Origin: Xanthobacteraceae bacterium
GTDB taxonomy: Bacteria; Pseudomonadota; Alphaproteobacteria; Rhizobiales; Xanthobacteraceae
DNA length: 64,000 bases
NCBI GenBank assembly: GCA_035639895.1
Contig: DASQXF010000143.1
Coordinates: forward strand, 7,842 to 71,841
Direction of reading: 5' to 3'
The notes beneath the pieces were generated by a model that saw only the letters and a program-made list of their open reading frames with translations, had not been told where the DNA came from and did no database searches. Of this stretch, positions 1-11,699 are shown piece after piece; the first letter of the stretch is position 1, and every line of letters starts with the position of its first letter. The position numbers were made by a program, and so were the translations under genes.

Positions 1-15
1 GTCCTGACGAGACAT
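1..15 (-). CDS. possible 5' end of sucA (2-oxoglutarate dehydrogenase E1); only 5 codons lie inside the window
   Basis: The reverse complement of 1-15 reads ATG TCT CGT CAG GAC (MSRQD). An AAGGA Shine-Dalgarno (plus-strand 23-27) sits 7 nt upstream. MSRQD is how I recall Bradyrhizobium-type SucA beginning, and sucA is the expected gene after sucD. Too short to confirm. Confidence 0.3.
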
Positions 16-189
16 GCTCAGGTCCTTGTGACTGAAGCTTGGTGGATGGCAGATGGCGCCCGGGAGGGCCCGTCCGGCAACCCTAGCATTATTTATGCCG
101 TGTCAGGGCTGGAGCAATCGAAAGTTATGAACTGAGATTCACTCGATTTTGAGAGAACGAATGCAGCTGGTTGTGGCTCTCCGCTTGGA

Positions 190-226
190 CGAAAAAGGGC
201 CGCTTGCAACTGCGAGCGGCCCTTCG
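190..226 (-). terminator. intrinsic terminator downstream of the porin gene
   Basis: A 10-bp stem (195-204 pairs with 215-224; core GGGCCGCT/AGCGGCCC) closes a 10-nt loop. On the minus strand it is followed by TTTTT (complement of 192-196). It lies 22 nt after the porin stop. Confidence 0.8.
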
Positions 227-247
227 ACGAAAAGATCAGGTTTGCGA

Positions 248-985
248 TCAGTAACCACCGCCGAATTTATAGTTCAAACCGACGCGCACGATATTGTCGG
301 TGAACCGCCAGGACTCCTGGGCGGTGATCCCCACGCCAGGGGCGATGTCCGTGTCCTCGGTCTTGCCAAGGTCCAAGTAGAGATATTCGACCTTGACGCT
401 CCAGCCACCGCCCAGGGCGCCCTCAATGCCGGCACCCGCAGTCCATCCGGCCTTGACGTCCTTGAAGGTCGTGGTCGCCGATCCGAGCCCGGCCACGCTG
501 ATCGTTGCGCTGTTCTTGACCTGGCCATAGGCCACGCCCCCCGTCCCATAGAGCAAGACGTTCGGGCTCGCCAAGAAGCCCAGCCGGGCGCGCGACGTCC
601 CGAACCACTCGAGCTTGCGATCGGTGGTTACGGTCGTGAACGGAAGGACGCCCAAAGTTGAGCCGCCCTTCTGGCCGGAAGCCTGGATGTCGGTCTCCAA
701 GCCCCACACCCATGCGCCGAACTGGTAGTTATAACCGGTCTGGACGCCGCCAATGACGCCGTCGACCTTCTCCGAATTGGATATCGTGCCGACACCAAGG
801 AAGGTCGCGTCATATTTCGAGTGACCCCAGCTGTAGCCGACGTTGCCGCCCCAATAGATGCCGGTCCAGCTGTAAACGGGCGCCGGAGGAGGCGTGTACA
901 TCGGCCGCACCGACATGTCCGCAGCCCCCGCAGAAGACGCCGCAAGCACAACAAAAGCGGTCGTAGCAAGGAAGAGTTTTTTCAT
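248..985 (-). CDS. outer-membrane beta-barrel protein, Omp25/Omp31/RopB-like porin family
   Basis: ORF 248..1024 trimmed to MKKLF (ATG at 983-985, AGGGGA SD upstream). Signal peptide MKKLFLATTAFVVLAASSAGA/AD. Gly/Tyr/Trp-rich alternating strands and a C-terminal ...VGLNYKFGGGY beta-barrel signature. Confidence 0.85.
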   Translation of the reverse strand: MKKLFLATTAFVVLAASSAGAADMSVRPMYTPPPAPVYSWTGIYWGGNVGYSWGHSKYDATFLGVGTISNSEKVDGVIGGVQTGYNYQFGAWVWGLETDIQASGQKGGSTLGVLPFTTVTTDRKLEWFGTSRARLGFLASPNVLLYGTGGVAYGQVKNSATISVAGLGSATTTFKDVKAGWTAGAGIEGALGGGWSVKVEYLYLDLGKTEDTDIAPGVGITAQESWRFTDNIVRVGLNYKFGGGY

Positions 986-1249
986 CGCAAATCCCCTGTC
1001 CGATGTTGGAGTAGGTTTCGGCAAGCTGCTGCTCTAAACGCTTCCCCGGCAGCAACTTGAACCCGCACGCCGGCGCTCGGATAACGCCGGGTGCGTCTTG
1101 GTCCTGACTGTAGTCTGGCCACTCGCAATAAGCTGTGACCCGTTCGCCACAGCTGGCGGCAAAAGCGCTCCCCAGAGGCACCAGGGTAGGTTGTTATACG
1201 GCTTTTTTATGCGAGCACGCCGGTTATGCCGTGGCGGCGGTTGGTTAAT

Positions 1250-2134
1250 TTACCGCCGCATCAACTCAGCCAGGGTGTTGCCCAAACGCGCCGGCGATGG
1301 TGCGACCTTGATGCCCGCGGCTTCCATGGCCGCAATTTTGCTTTCCGCATCACCCCTGCCGCCGGAAATGATGGCACCGGCGTGACCCATGCGCCTGCCA
1401 GGCGGGGCGGTGCGGCCGGCAATGAAACCGACCATGGGCTTCTTGCGCCCACGTTTGGCTTCATCGGCAAGGAATTGAGCGGCGTCCTCCTCGGCCGAGC
1501 CACCAATCTCGCCGATCATGATGATCGCTTCGGTCGCCTTGTCGGCCAGGAACATCGCCAGCACGTCGATGAACTCGGTGCCCTTGACCGGATCGCCGCC
1601 GATGCCGACGGCGGTGGTCTGACCCAGCCCTTCGCGAGTGGTCTGATAGACGGCCTCATATGTGAGCGTGCCCGAGCGGGACACGATTCCGATTTTCCCG
1701 GACGCAAAAATGTTGCCGGGCATGATCCCGATCTTGCATTCGCCCGCGGTCATCACGCCGGGGCAGTTCGGCCCGATCAGCCGCGACTTTCCTCCCGACA
1801 GGGCGCGCTTGACCTTGACCATATCGAGCACGGGGATGCCCTCGGTGATGCAGACGATGAGAGGAATTTCCGCTTGGATCGCTTCGCAGATCGCGTCTGC
1901 CGCGCCGGCCGGCGGCACGTAAATCACGCTTGCGTCGCAACCAGTCCGCTCCTTCGCCTCCGCGACCGTGTTGAATACGGGCAGACCGAGATGGGTGGTG
2001 CCGCCTTTGCCCGGCGAGGTGCCGCCGACCATCTTGGTGCCGTAGGCAATCGCCTGCTCGGAATGGAACGTGCCGTTCTTGCCGGTGAAGCCCTGGCAGA
2101 TAACCTGGGTGTCTTTGTCGATAAGAATGGACAT
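1250..2134 (-). CDS. sucD: succinyl-CoA ligase (ADP-forming) subunit alpha
   Basis: 294 aa. [38 protein letters not shown]... and the phosphohistidine loop [10 protein letters not shown]. Sits directly downstream of sucC. Confidence 0.97.
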   Translation of the reverse strand: MSILIDKDTQVICQGFTGKNGTFHSEQAIAYGTKMVGGTSPGKGGTTHLGLPVFNTVAEAKERTGCDASVIYVPPAGAADAICEAIQAEIPLIVCITEGIPVLDMVKVKRALSGGKSRLIGPNCPGVMTAGECKIGIMPGNIFASGKIGIVSRSGTLTYEAVYQTTREGLGQTTAVGIGGDPVKGTEFIDVLAMFLADKATEAIIMIGEIGGSAEEDAAQFLADEAKRGRKKPMVGFIAGRTAPPGRRMGHAGAIISGGRGDAESKIAAMEAAGIKVAPSPARLGNTLAELMRR

Positions 2135-2218
2135 GACGCGTTCAAAGATGCGAAGAAGTCGAAAGGATGCTGAAAGAGAGCGATGCAGCGAGATCGCGTT
2201 GCGGCCTTCGACCTGCGG

Positions 2219-3391
2219 TCATCCTCGGCTTCCTTTTATCGCCTTGACGATCTTCTGCGCGGCGTCATCGAGATCGTCGGCGGAGGTGACGTTGAGATTG
2301 GATTTCGCGATGATCTCTTTGCCGAGCTCCACGTTGGTACCTTCGAGTCGCACCACCAAGGGGACGCGCAAGCCCACCTCCTTCACCGCTGCCACGACGC
2401 CTTCAGCGATGACGTCGCATTTCATGATCCCACCGAAAATGTTGACCAGAATGCCGCGCACTTTGGGATCGGCGGTGATGATCTTGAAGGCGGCCGCAAC
2501 TTTCTCCTTGCTGGCGCCGCCCCCGACGTCGAGGAAATTCGCCGGCGCTTCGCCATAAAGCTTGATGATGTCCATGGTCGCCATGGCCAGCCCCGCGCCG
2601 TTGACCATGCAGCCGATCGTGCCGTCGAGCGCGACGTAATTGAGGTCGTATTTGGAAGCCTCGATTTCCTTCTCGTCTTCTTCGGTGAGATCGCGCAACG
2701 CCACAATGTCCGGATGGCGGTAAAGCGCGTTATCGTCGAAGCCGATTTTGGCATCGAGACAGATGAGCTCTTTTGTTTTGGTGACGACCAGCGGATTGAT
2801 TTCAAGAAGGCTCATATCCTTGGCCGTGAAGGCGGCATAGAGCTGTGCCACAAGTTTTTCAGCGCGTTTGGCAAGATCGTCATGCAGCCCTAGCGCCTGC
2901 GCTACGCGGCGTCCGTGATGCGGCATGATCCCGGTCGCGGGATCGACGGCGAAGGTGACGATTTGCTCGGGGCGCGTGCGCGCGACCTCCTCGATATCCA
3001 TGCCCCCCGCGGTCGATGCCACAAAGGCAATGCGCGAGCTTTCGCGGTCGACGAGTGCCGAGAGGTAGAACTCGCTCTGGATGGCCGAGCCCTCCTCGAT
3101 ATAGAGGCGATGCACCTGCTTGCCTTGGGGACCCGTCTGATGCGTGACCAAGACCGCTCCGAGCAGACGCTCGGCTTCCTTGCGCACCTCCTCGTTTGAT
3201 TTCACCACCTTGACGCCGCCGGCCTTGCCACGTCCGCCGGCGTGAATTTGTGCCTTGACGACAAGCACCGGCGCGCCGAGCTCGCGCGCGACCTTCACCG
3301 CCTCCTCGACCGAAAAGGCGGCGTGCCCGCGCGGCACCGGCACGCCGAATTCCTGCAGCACCGCTTTGGCTTGATATTCGTGGATGTTCAT
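2219..3391 (-). CDS. sucC: succinyl-CoA ligase (ADP-forming) subunit beta
   Basis: ORF 2219..3427 trimmed to [19 protein letters not shown] (ATG at 3389-3391). ATP-grasp N-terminus and the typical ...[11 protein letters not shown] motif. Confidence 0.97.
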   Translation of the reverse strand: MNIHEYQAKAVLQEFGVPVPRGHAAFSVEEAVKVARELGAPVLVVKAQIHAGGRGKAGGVKVVKSNEEVRKEAERLLGAVLVTHQTGPQGKQVHRLYIEEGSAIQSEFYLSALVDRESSRIAFVASTAGGMDIEEVARTRPEQIVTFAVDPATGIMPHHGRRVAQALGLHDDLAKRAEKLVAQLYAAFTAKDMSLLEINPLVVTKTKELICLDAKIGFDDNALYRHPDIVALRDLTEEDEKEIEASKYDLNYVALDGTIGCMVNGAGLAMATMDIIKLYGEAPANFLDVGGGASKEKVAAAFKIITADPKVRGILVNIFGGIMKCDVIAEGVVAAVKEVGLRVPLVVRLEGTNVELGKEIIAKSNLNVTSADDLDDAAQKIVKAIKGSRG

Positions 3392-3518
3392 GCGGACCTT
3401 TTGCCTGCCCCGGATACCATGCAGCACCTAAATCGTGTCATACTGACAACATCGACTGCGCTGCTGCACGTCATCAGCACGAGCTCCGTGCCGCGCTTGG
3501 CCGGCGACATGAGCGCCG

Positions 3519-4532
<1,014 letters not shown>

Positions 4533-4608
4533 TCATAGACCGTTTCCGGCCTGCCATTCAAGCCGCTCGCCACACCGCATGACGCCGCCCCACAGCGAGC
4601 AAAATGCA

Positions 4609-5781
4609 TCACGTCTCCACCAAACCTTCGATCGAGTCCGACGCGACGGCATGCCCCCGGCCGTGTGGCAATGCGAGGTACGCCTCAGAGCGCATCTCGA
4701 TCAGACGCGAGGCGGTTCGCTTGAACTCGGACGCTTCGAACCCTTCGTCAGCGCGATAAAGGGAGTCGGGCTCGGCTTCGGCGGAAGCAATGAGCTTCAC
4801 CGCGTTGTCGTAGAATGTGTCGATCAGGATAATGAAGCGCTTGGCCTCGTTGCGTCGCTCGTAATCCATCACCGCGACACGTTCGAGCAAGACGGTATGG
4901 TATTCACGTGCGATCTTGAGGTAGTCGGCGGCAGCGAGCGGTTGTTGGCATAGATCCTGAAACGAGAACCACGCCACTCCCATGGTCGCGCGCGGAATGC
5001 GGACGGTGTGGCCTTTTACCAGCAGATCCTGCGGGTCGCCTGCATGCCCGGCGGTTAAGCTTTGCCAGGCCTGCTCGAGAGCGGCTTCTGCCGCACGATC
5101 GGCAGGGACGTGCCATACCGGCACGCCAGCGAGCTTTTCCAGCCGGAAATCGGTGCGGGCGTCGAGCTGCCGGACCTCCATGTGCTCTTCGATGAGCGCG
5201 ATGAACGGTAGGAACAACGCACGATTGAGGCCATCCTTGTACAGCTCGGTGGGCGGAACGTTCGAGGTCGCGACCACCACCACGCCGAGCTCGAAAAGGC
5301 GCTTGAACAAGCGGCCGAGAATCATCGCATCGGCAATATCGGTGACGTGGAATTCATCGAAGCAAAGAAGTCGCGTTTCTTCCGCAATGGCGGAGGCAGC
5401 GACGCCAATTGGGTCGTCGGCGCCGATTTCACCCAATTTCGCCCGCTGGCGCAGCACATGGACGCGCTCGTGTACTTCGGCCATGAATTCATGGAAATGG
5501 ACGCGGCGTTTACGTGGGACCGACGAGGCTGCGAAGAACAGATCCATCAGCATGGTCTTGCCGCGACCGACGTCTCCAAAGATGTAGAGGCCCTTGATCG
5601 GCTCGGGCTCGCGCGATCCGAAAAGCCAGCCGAGCGAGGAGGACTTGCGCGCAAGCCGACGCTCGGCGAGCTCGCTTTCGAGTTGGACCAGCCGATCCAC
5701 GATCGCCTGTTGCGCAGCATCGCGCTCGATTTTTCCAGCGGCAACGCGCGCCGCATACTGCGCCGAGAGGGAAGGAGACAT
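4609..5781 (-). CDS. zapE: cell division protein ZapE / AFG1-family ATPase
   Basis: ORF 4609..5850 trimmed to MSPSLSAQYAA (ATG at 5779-5781). Walker A GDVGRGKT and Walker B LLCFDEFHV. AFG1-like family. Confidence 0.9.
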   Translation of the reverse strand: MSPSLSAQYAARVAAGKIERDAAQQAIVDRLVQLESELAERRLARKSSSLGWLFGSREPEPIKGLYIFGDVGRGKTMLMDLFFAASSVPRKRRVHFHEFMAEVHERVHVLRQRAKLGEIGADDPIGVAASAIAEETRLLCFDEFHVTDIADAMILGRLFKRLFELGVVVVATSNVPPTELYKDGLNRALFLPFIALIEEHMEVRQLDARTDFRLEKLAGVPVWHVPADRAAEAALEQAWQSLTAGHAGDPQDLLVKGHTVRIPRATMGVAWFSFQDLCQQPLAAADYLKIAREYHTVLLERVAVMDYERRNEAKRFIILIDTFYDNAVKLIASAEAEPDSLYRADEGFEASEFKRTASRLIEMRSEAYLALPHGRGHAVASDSIEGLVET

Positions 5782-6207
5782 GTGCAGAGGGAGGCAGGCT
5801 TGAGGGCTGCGATGAATAGCTATTTTGCAGCGCCAGCTGCAAGCCGTCATCGAGCAGATGACGCAACCTCAACATCGCTCGACCGAGACCGACACGACGT
5901 GGTCGCGGCCCGCCGATCAACTCGCCGCAATGGAGCGTGCGGTGAGGGGGGACTGGATAGCGCGCAAAGCGCAGGCAAACAGGCCGAACCGCCGCGCGCG
6001 TGTACGGGTGCCGCCCATGTTGCGTTGCGGTAAAGGCTCGCTACAACCTCACAGCAGGCCGGTTCCGCGCATGGCTGCCATGTCAATTTAGCATGATAAA
6101 TCATTAACTTAATTGTGATCACCCGGCCCCTCGGCCTGCCCTTGTTGGGTCCATACTGCATTGCAATATGGAACCGGCTGATTCGCAACCCTCCAAGGAA
6201 ATGGCCA

Positions 6208-6783
6208 ATGCACGAACTGCTCCCTCGCGGTGGCCTCATTCGCAAGCTGTGGATCAGTGAAGCCGACCAATACCGCGATCACCTATTGCGGCTCGATCCC
6301 ACCAGCCGCCGCAGCCGCTTCGCCGGCGCGGTCTCGGATCAATTCGTGCGCGACTACGCGGATCTTTCGTTTGGCATTGATGCGCTCATTCATGGCTTCT
6401 TCGTCGACGGCACGCTGCGCGGCGCGGCGGAATTGCGCCCGATCGGAGGGCCGGTGACGCGCGAGGCCGAGGCGGCATTCTCGATCGAGAAGCCATGGCA
6501 GAGCCACGGCGTCGGTTCCATGCTGCTTGAGCGCACGCTGCTCGCGGCCCGCAATCGCGGGCTTAAATTTCTGCATATGGCCTGCCTCGCCGACAACAAG
6601 CGCATGCAGCAGCTCGCCCGCAAATACGACGCCGAACTAATTTTCGATTTCTCGAGCGTCGTTGGCGAGGTCGCGGCTCCACGGCCGACACCGCTTTCGC
6701 TGATGCGCGAAATCCTTGCCGATGGTCATGGCTTTGCCACCGCCATCTTCGACGTGCAATCGAGACTGCTGAAACCGGTGTGA
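6208..6783 (+). CDS. GNAT-family N-acetyltransferase
   Basis: ORF 6115..6783 trimmed to MHELLPRGG (ATG 6208, AAGGAA upstream). Acetyl-CoA binding-type segment WQSHGVGSMLLERTLLAARNRG. Confidence 0.8.
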   Translation: MHELLPRGGLIRKLWISEADQYRDHLLRLDPTSRRSRFAGAVSDQFVRDYADLSFGIDALIHGFFVDGTLRGAAELRPIGGPVTREAEAAFSIEKPWQSHGVGSMLLERTLLAARNRGLKFLHMACLADNKRMQQLARKYDAELIFDFSSVVGEVAAPRPTPLSLMREILADGHGFATAIFDVQSRLLKPV

Positions 6784-6812
6784 TTGAGCGACGCGAAACG
6801 AAGGACCACGCG

Positions 6813-7349
6813 TTACGCCGCGAGCGGATAGGCGACTTCAACGATGTATGGGCCGCCGCCGACCGACGCCCGCGACGAGAACAACACGAAGCGCGACACC
6901 TTGAACGGCGGCGAACGGAACGGGGCACGCAGCGCGAGATAGTCCGCGACCTGTCGGCTCGACGATTCGCGCAGCCGCGCAAGAGAAACATGCGGCGTAT
7001 ATTTGCGTCCCTCCGGCTCCAGTCCGACGCGCTGCATCAGTCGCTCGTGCTCTGCCTGGAGCTCCATCAGCGCCTGTGCCGGTCCGAGCGTGGCCACGAT
7101 CTGACGCGGCTTGCGCCCCCCGAACGACTTGAGATCCTCGATGCGTAGTTCGAATGCCTCGCGGCGCACGCGGCCCAGCATGGACGCGATCTCGTGCGCG
7201 ACGACGTCGTCAACATCGCCGATGAAGCGCAACGTGACGTGATAATTCTCGGGATCGATCCAGCGCGCGCCCGGCAGGCCGCCGCGCAGCATGGAGAGCG
7301 ACTGGCCCACGTCGGAGGGAATTTCGAGACCGGTGAAGAGGCGGGGCAT
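6813..7349 (-). CDS. thpR: RNA 2',3'-cyclic phosphodiesterase (2H phosphoesterase, ThpR/LigT)
   Basis: C-terminal 178 codons of listed ORF 6813..8024, starting MPRLFTGLEIP (ATG at 7347-7349). Two H-x-T/S-x motifs, HVTL and HVSL. The upstream part of the listed ORF is an out-of-frame read through the tesA-like gene. Confidence 0.88.
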   Translation of the reverse strand: MPRLFTGLEIPSDVGQSLSMLRGGLPGARWIDPENYHVTLRFIGDVDDVVAHEIASMLGRVRREAFELRIEDLKSFGGRKPRQIVATLGPAQALMELQAEHERLMQRVGLEPEGRKYTPHVSLARLRESSSRQVADYLALRAPFRSPPFKVSRFVLFSSRASVGGGPYIVEVAYPLAA

Positions 7350-7419
7350 GGGGAACGACTGCGGGGCTGGACCTTGCATATAGGACAAGTCGCGGAGATT
7401 CGCACGCCCCTCGTGATGC

Positions 7420-8148
7420 TTACATGACGCGCCTGTCGCGGACCCGGCGCATAAGCTCTTCGACCTTGGGCAGGATGCGTGCCACGATCGCGTCAACCCC
7501 CATCGCATTGGGATGCAGTCCGTCGCCCTGATTGAGCCCGGCTTCGCCAGCAACACCTTCGAGGAAAAAGGGATAGAAGACCAGGTCGTGGCGGACAGCG
7601 AGTTCAGAATAGATTGCGTCGAAGTCGCGCCTGTAGTCGCTGCCGAGATTGCCCGCCGCCCGCATGCCGGCGAGCAGCACGACCACGCGCCTTTGCGCCA
7701 ACCGATGGAGGATGTCGTCGAGTGCTTGACGGGTGACCTTGGGATCGATCCCGCGCAGCATATCATTGGCGCCAAGTTCGAGGATGACGGCATCCGTCCC
7801 CTCCGGGACCGACCAATCGACGCGGGCAAGCCCGCCGGAGGCGGTTTCGCCTGAGACTCCTGCGTTGACGACCTCGACAGCGAGGCCCCTGGCCTTGAGC
7901 GCTCGTTCAAGCTGCGCCGGAAAGGCTCGGTCGGCCGGTAGCCCAAGGCCGGCCGTGAGCGAATCGCCCAAGGCCACGATCCGTACCGGCCGATCGGCGG
8001 CCGGCGCGTGCACGGGAAGCGCAAGCGCCAGCGCGATCATGACGAGCGCAAATGTCTGGACCCGCGCCCCGCAACTCCCATATGACCGGGGCAATGCCGG
8101 CCAGCCCGCAAGTGAACTCAGCAAAGAGCACCAGAACATGCAGGACAC
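7420..8148 (-). CDS. SGNH/GDSL arylesterase-lysophospholipase (TesA-like), secreted
   Basis: GDSL block RIVALGDSLTAG and a C-terminal DGLHPN block. Divergent from a YbbA/YbbP-like ABC pair, as in E. coli tesA-ybbA-ybbP. The start is uncertain: the longest ORF begins at 8148, and a TTG at 8094 or the internal ATG before IALALALPVHAPAA gives a better signal peptide. Confidence 0.85.
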   Translation of the reverse strand: MSCMFWCSLLSSLAGWPALPRSYGSCGARVQTFALVMIALALALPVHAPAADRPVRIVALGDSLTAGLGLPADRAFPAQLERALKARGLAVEVVNAGVSGETASGGLARVDWSVPEGTDAVILELGANDMLRGIDPKVTRQALDDILHRLAQRRVVVLLAGMRAAGNLGSDYRRDFDAIYSELAVRHDLVFYPFFLEGVAGEAGLNQGDGLHPNAMGVDAIVARILPKVEELMRRVRDRRVM

Positions 8149-8860
8149 CTCAGGGCGCGCACAGCCGGCGATCGCGCTGAGCGGGGTTAATCTGTCGCTC
8201 GGGCGGGGCGCGGCCCGTGTTCATATCCTCAAAGATATCGATCTGCACATAGGTCGGGGCGAGGCCATCGGCTTGGTCGGTCCCTCGGGATCGGGCAAGT
8301 CGACTTTGCTCATGGTCACGGCCGGCTTGGAGCGCGCCGATACCGGCTCCGTCGTGGTCGCAGGCGAGGACCTCGACACGCTCGACGAAGACGCGCTGGC
8401 CCGCTTCCGCGGGCGCAATATCGGTATCGTGTTTCAATCCTTTCACCTCATTCCGACCATGACGGCGTTGGAAAACGTTGCCGTGCCGCTCGAACTTGCC
8501 GGCCTCGACGACGCCCACGAGCGTGCGGCATCCGAGCTTGCGGCCGTCGGCTTGAGCGAGCGCCGCCAGCACTATCCGGCCGAGCTCTCCGGCGGCGAGC
8601 AGCAGCGCGTAGCGCTTGCCCGCGCCCTCGCGCCAAACCCGGCGATCCTGATCGCCGACGAGCCGACTGGCAATCTCGACGAGGCGACCGGGGCGGAGAT
8701 CATCGATTTGCTTTTTGCAGGTCACAAGCAACGAGGCGCCACCCTCGTGCTCGTCACGCATGATCCGGCGCTCGCTGTCCGTTGCGACCGCATCGTGCGA
8801 TTGCGCTCGGGGCGAATCGAAGCTGTCCCGAACCGCGCGTCGATGAGGGTTAAGCCGTGA
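8138..8860 (+). CDS. ABC transporter ATP-binding protein (YbbA/LolD-like)
   Basis: In-frame part of ORF 7733..8860 starting [17 protein letters not shown] (ATG 8138). Walker [10 protein letters not shown], signature LSGGEQQR, Walker B ILIADEPT. Confidence 0.92.
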   Translation: MQDTSGRAQPAIALSGVNLSLGRGAARVHILKDIDLHIGRGEAIGLVGPSGSGKSTLLMVTAGLERADTGSVVVAGEDLDTLDEDALARFRGRNIGIVFQSFHLIPTMTALENVAVPLELAGLDDAHERAASELAAVGLSERRQHYPAELSGGEQQRVALARALAPNPAILIADEPTGNLDEATGAEIIDLLFAGHKQRGATLVLVTHDPALAVRCDRIVRLRSGRIEAVPNRASMRVKP

Positions 8861-8906
8861 GGCGCTGCGGTTCGCCGTCCCTCTGCCGGGAGAGGGCAGT
8901 CGGCGC

Positions 8907-11501
8907 GTGCGGAAAGGAAGCTCAAGCGTGAACTCCCGGCCGCCGGTTTCTCACCCAGGCAGGGGTCTGCCATTGCCGCTGCGCTTCGCGGCACGCGAAT
9001 TGCGCGCCGGCTTGCGCGGATTCTACGTGTTTATCGCCTGCATCGCGCTTGGCGTCATGGCGATGGCCGCGGTGGGCTCGGTCGCATCCGGACTCGCTGA
9101 GGGGCTCGCGCGCGAAGGCCGCATCATCCTCGGCGGCGACCTAGCGTTCACTCTCAGTCTGCGCGAAGCCAAAGCCGATGAGCGCGCATTTCTGCAGCAC
9201 CGAGGCGGTGTATCACTCGCCGCCACCATGCGCGCCATGGCCCGCGCGCAAGACGGGCGTACGGCCCTGGTCGAGGTCAAGGCGGTCGATGCCAGCTATC
9301 CGCTCTACGGTACGGTGGCGCTTGATCCACACCAGCCGCTCGCGCAGGCGCTGGAATACCGAGACGGAGCATTTGGCGCCGCTGTCGACTCGGCGCTGCT
9401 CGCACGGCTCGACCTCAAGCCCGGCGCCCGCATCATGGTCGGTTCCGCGACGCTCGACATTCGGGCAGTGCTGACATCGGAGCCGGACAGGCTGGCCGGC
9501 GGCCTCGGCTTCGGCCCGCGTTTGCTCATCAGCGAACAAGCACTGCGCGCGAGCGGTGTGCTGCAACCCGGCAGCATCGTGCGCTGGCACTACCGTCTGC
9601 GCCTCCCCGACAATAACGCGACGGATGCGGCCGTGCGCGCGGTGACCACCGCGGCGCAAGCCGAATTTCCGCAAGCCGGTTGGGACATCCGTTCACGCAC
9701 CAATGCCTCGCCGTCCCTCGAGCAAAACGTCGAGCGGTTTCGTCAATATCTGGCGTTTGTCGGACTGACCGCATTGCTTGTCGGAGGGGTCGGCGTGGCA
9801 AACGCGGTTAAGAGCCATCTCGACGGCCGGCGCGAGGTGATTGCCACGTTCAAGGCGCTTGGCGCACCCGGCACACGCGTTTTCGCGATCTACCTGACGC
9901 AGGTACTGGTGCTCGCCGCTCTGGGCGCGCTACCGGGCCTCGCCATCGGCGCAGCCTTGCCGTTCCTACTCGCGTGGACCTTTGGCGCTGGGCTGCCGCT
10001 GCCGCTCGCGCCGGCGCTGCATCCGGGGGAGCTTGCACTTGCGCTCCTCTACGGCCTACTGACTGCCGCCGCTTTCGCTTTATGGCCACTTGGACGTGCC
10101 CATGACGTGCCGGTCTCGGCACTGTTCCGCGACGGGATCGCTGGCGACCAGCGCTCACCCCGCCTCCCCTATGTCGCGGCCACAGTCCTTCTCGGATGCA
10201 CGATTCCGGCGCTCGCGATCGGACTCGCTTACGACCGGCGTATCGCGGCGATCTTCGTGCTGGCGGCACTCGGCGTGTTCGCGCTGCTGTTCCTGGTCGG
10301 GGCGCTGATCACGCTGACGGCGCGCCACCTGCCGCGGCCTCGCTCGCCCGTCGTTCGACTCGCGATCGCCAACACTTGCCGGCCGGGCGCGCTCACGCCG
10401 AACGTCGTTCTCTCGCTGGGCTTGGGGCTCGCCGTGATGGTCGCCGTGATCGCGATCGAGGGGAATTTGCGGCGCCAATTTCTGGCGGCATTGCCGGACA
10501 GGGCACCATCGTTCTATTTCATCGATATCCCCGCCGCCGAAGCCGAAGCATTCGACGCCTTCATCCGCGCTCGCGCGCCCCGCGCCACGTTCGAGCGCGT
10601 GCCGATGTTGCGTGGTCGCATCGTGGCGGCGAACGGCGTGCCCGCCGAAAGCCTGAAGCCCTCTGCGGACGCCACGTGGGTGCTCAACGGCGACCGCGGC
10701 GTCACCTTTGGCGACGAGCTCCCAGCGGGTTCCCGGCTGGTCGAAGGACAATGGTGGCAGCCGAACTATCGAGGTCCGCCTTTGATCTCATTCGAGAACC
10801 GCATTGCGGAGGGGCTGGGCCTCAAGATCGGCGATGAGGTGACCGTGAACGTCCTGGGCCGCAACGTTACCGCTACAGTCGCCAATCTGCGGACGGTCGA
10901 TTGGCAGAGCCTCGGCATCAATTTTGTCATGGTCTTCTCGCCGGCCACGTTTCGAGGCGCGCCGCACAGTCATATCGCCACCCTTGCTTATCCCGGGGGC
11001 AGTACGATCGAAGAGGAAACCGCTTTGCTCAAAGCAGTAGCTGAGGCATTTCCAGCGGTGGTCACCATGCGTGTGCGTGACGCTCTCGATGCGGCCGGCC
11101 GCATCGTATCTAATCTGGCGCTGGCTATGCGAGGTGCGAGCGCGCTCACTTTGCTTGTGGCTGTGCTGGTGCTTGGAGGAGCGCTCGCGGCGAGCCACCG
11201 ACAACGCGTTTATGACGCCGTGATCCTCAAGACCGTTGGCGCAACGCGCATGCGGCTGTTGTCTGCCTACGCGCTCGAATACCTCACCCTCGGCGTGGCA
11301 ACCGCCGTCTTCGGTGTGGCGGCTGGTTCCGCCGCTGCCGCCTTCGTCGTCCTGAGGGTGATGAAACTTCCATTCGTCTGGGTGCCTGGGCCGCTTTTTG
11401 CCGCCGCCGCGGCGGGGATCGCGGCGATGGTGACAATTGGTCTCATCGGTACCTTCAAGGCGCTCGGCCAAAAACCGGCCCACGTCTTTCGCAACCTATA
11501 G
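8907..11501 (+). CDS. ABC transporter permease, FtsX-like fold (YbbP-like, duplicated MacB-type domains)
   Basis: 864 aa with multiple hydrophobic helices at both ends and a large periplasmic segment. Directly follows the ATPase gene. The start may lie a few codons downstream of 8907. Confidence 0.88.
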   Translation: MRKGSSSVNSRPPVSHPGRGLPLPLRFAARELRAGLRGFYVFIACIALGVMAMAAVGSVASGLAEGLAREGRIILGGDLAFTLSLREAKADERAFLQHRGGVSLAATMRAMARAQDGRTALVEVKAVDASYPLYGTVALDPHQPLAQALEYRDGAFGAAVDSALLARLDLKPGARIMVGSATLDIRAVLTSEPDRLAGGLGFGPRLLISEQALRASGVLQPGSIVRWHYRLRLPDNNATDAAVRAVTTAAQAEFPQAGWDIRSRTNASPSLEQNVERFRQYLAFVGLTALLVGGVGVANAVKSHLDGRREVIATFKALGAPGTRVFAIYLTQVLVLAALGALPGLAIGAALPFLLAWTFGAGLPLPLAPALHPGELALALLYGLLTAAAFALWPLGRAHDVPVSALFRDGIAGDQRSPRLPYVAATVLLGCTIPALAIGLAYDRRIAAIFVLAALGVFALLFLVGALITLTARHLPRPRSPVVRLAIANTCRPGALTPNVVLSLGLGLAVMVAVIAIEGNLRRQFLAALPDRAPSFYFIDIPAAEAEAFDAFIRARAPRATFERVPMLRGRIVAANGVPAESLKPSADATWVLNGDRGVTFGDELPAGSRLVEGQWWQPNYRGPPLISFENRIAEGLGLKIGDEVTVNVLGRNVTATVANLRTVDWQSLGINFVMVFSPATFRGAPHSHIATLAYPGGSTIEEETALLKAVAEAFPAVVTMRVRDALDAAGRIVSNLALAMRGASALTLLVAVLVLGGALAASHRQRVYDAVILKTVGATRMRLLSAYALEYLTLGVATAVFGVAAGSAAAAFVVLRVMKLPFVWVPGPLFAAAAAGIAAMVTIGLIGTFKALGQKPAHVFRNL

Positions 11502-11699
11502 GGCGCATTCACCAAAGCGCCAAAACGCTTGAGCTTGCACCGACGGAGCGGCGCGCGGGGTCTGTTTGGCTGGAAAACGCGCGAAGTACGCCACCATAAG
11601 CGACAACACGCCGCGCCCAACAAGCGCGTCGCAGCGCCGTCACATTGCTAGAGTGTAACTTGTCAGGGAATTGCTGGGAGACGAGTAGCGCCGACAAAT

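Noticed and set aside
5825-6091. An 88-aa plus ORF in the 426-nt zapE/GNAT divergent spacer. The 132-aa minus ORF 5847..6245 was also considered.
   Set aside because: There is no SD, GC3 is only moderate and decays along the ORF, and no domain is recognisable. Both overlap each other in a promoter region.
6813-8024. A 403-aa minus ORF suggesting a large fusion protein.
   Set aside because: Only the last 178 codons, from MPRLFTG at 7349, match a family (ThpR/LigT). The upstream part overlaps the tesA-like gene in another frame and is Ser/Arg/Pro-rich noise.
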